From the IMG/VR virus record IMGVR_UViG_3300036803_000078, positions 1-44,894 of that record: a DNA stretch of 44,894 nucleotides, one strand, 5' to 3'. Position 1 is the stretch's first letter. Each line of letters begins with the position of its first letter. A model generated the notes under the pieces. That model had not been told where the DNA came from and ran no database searches. It was given only the letters and a program-made list of their open reading frames with translations. This stretch comes from a virus. Its lineage: Duplodnaviria; Caudoviricetes. Shown in pieces: positions 44,102-44,894 of the stretch. Position numbers and translations under genes: made by a program.

Positions 44102-44236
44102 ATGGATGAGCCGGAGGAAGTCGTCTTCGAGCTCCGGAAGATTGCCAGCAAGCGCACCGGCAAGGCCTGGGCGGCGGTCGCGGCCGGCCTTGCCGAACTC
44201 GAGGAGCGCCTGCGAGAGCTCAACGAGCCGGCTTGA
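44102..44236 (+). CDS. Small helical hypothetical protein (start uncertain, 44093-44102)
   Basis: MDEPEEVVFELRKIASKRTGKAWAAVAAGLAELEERLRELNEPA; its stop overlaps the TTG of the dpdA-like gene. Confidence 0.5.
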   Translation: MDEPEEVVFELRKIASKRTGKAWAAVAAGLAELEERLRELNEPA

Positions 44237-44894
44237 AGTTCTTTGTCGGACTTCACCAGCCCAGCGACGCCAAACGTCTCGACCGGGTCTTCATCAGCGC
44301 CAACCGGCTCGCCACCCGCCGAAAGCCGTTGGGGGCGCGTGAGTGGATCATGGATTCGGGAGCGTTCACCACTCTCGCGCTTCATGGCCGCTATCTGGCC
44401 CCCGCCGGGGATTATGCTGGTTTGGTTCGCCGCTTTGCTGCTCCTGGCCTGCTCGCTGCTGTAAGTCAGGATTACATGTGCGAGCCGTTTATGTTGGCCA
44501 AGACTGGTCTATCGAAGGCCGATCATCAACGGTTGACCATCGAGCGTTATGACGAGCTGCGCGCCTGCGATCTTGGCGGCGTCTATTTGATGCCGGTGTT
44601 GCAGGGCTACGAGCCGGAGGATTATGCGGAACACGCGCGTCAGTATGGCCGGCGTCTGGCTCGCGACTCCTGGGTTGGGGTCGGTTCGGTGTGCAAGCGG
44701 AACCGGTCATGGATCTCGGTGATGGACGTGCTGGTGGCGATCAAGGCCGAGCGGCCGGATTTGCGTTTGCATGGGTTTGGGCTGAAGACGACCTCGCTGG
44801 CCGAGCCCAACGTGCGCAATCTGCTCTATTCGGCCGATTCGATGGCTTGGTCGTATGCCGCGCGCCGCGAAGGACGTAATCAAAACGACTGGCG
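44233..44894 (+). CDS. dpdA: DpdA/TGT-like guanine transglycosylase, 5' part (full gene 44233-44767 plus 1-179, 237 aa)
   Basis: Hand translation from TTG 44233: MKFFVGLHQPSD..FISANRL..MDSGAFT..SQDYMCEPF..TGLS..HQRLTIERY..PVLQG..VGVGSVCKR..LHGFGLK..SADSMAWS. TGT-barrel catalytic Asp motifs are present. Confidence 0.8.
   Translation, partial: MKFFVGLHQPSDAKRLDRVFISANRLATRRKPLGAREWIMDSGAFTTLALHGRYLAPAGDYAGLVRRFAAPGLLAAVSQDYMCEPFMLAKTGLSKADHQRLTIERYDELRACDLGGVYLMPVLQGYEPEDYAEHARQYGRRLARDSWVGVGSVCKRNRSWISVMDVLVAIKAERPDLRLHGFGLKTTSLAEPNVRNLLYSADSMAWSYAARREGRNQNDW
44768..44894. repeat. Terminal direct repeat copy 2
   Basis: Identical to 1-127. Confidence 0.95.

Noticed and set aside
44768-44894. 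127-bp repeat as a biological direct terminal repeat
   Set aside because: The length equals a common assembler k-mer and it falls in the middle of a gene, so a circular-assembly overlap is the better explanation.
1-44894. CRISPR array, tRNA or rRNA
   Set aside because: No regularly spaced repeats or cloverleaf/T-loop signatures were seen by eye. A tRNAscan or CRISPR scan would be definitive.
1-44894. Integrase, repressor, DNA/RNA polymerase or preQ0 biosynthesis genes
   Set aside because: No ORF shows tyrosine or serine recombinase, PolA/PolB, RNAP, FolE or QueC/D/E motifs.

Overview
The window is an apparently complete, circularly assembled dsDNA tailed-phage genome of about 44,767 bp. Bases 1-127 are repeated at 44768-44894, which looks like an assembly overlap. 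It is GC-rich and has a podovirus-like layout. The + strand late arm runs across the contig junction: TerS, TerL, two small ORFs, a TGT/DpdA-like transglycosylase, portal, scaffold, DUF5309-type major capsid, lysis cassette, adaptor, two paralogous fibres, collar protein, nozzle and ejection proteins. The - strand arm carries early ORFs, a GP88-family protein, a primase-SF3 helicase, an SSB-like protein, a nuclease and an SNF2 helicase. I found no DNA polymerase, RNA polymerase, integrase, tRNA or CRISPR array. An alphaproteobacterial host is inferred from PEPxxWA-CTERM and DUF3309-like genes. Main points of interest: (1) a stand-alone DpdA-like 7-deazaguanine DNA-modification gene that spans the contig junction, is missing from the ORF track and sits inside the packaging operon; (2) two signal-peptide PEP-CTERM (exosortase target) surface proteins in a phage with no exosortase or integrase, next to a structured candidate sRNA; (3) an Acb2/Tad1-like nucleotide-sponge anti-defence protein; (4) duplicated fibre modules with AT-rich variable tips between conserved flanks; (5) a TTAGGAC motif shared by several promoters; (6) a probable ATA-initiated gene. 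All family assignments come from motif recognition by eye, not database searches.
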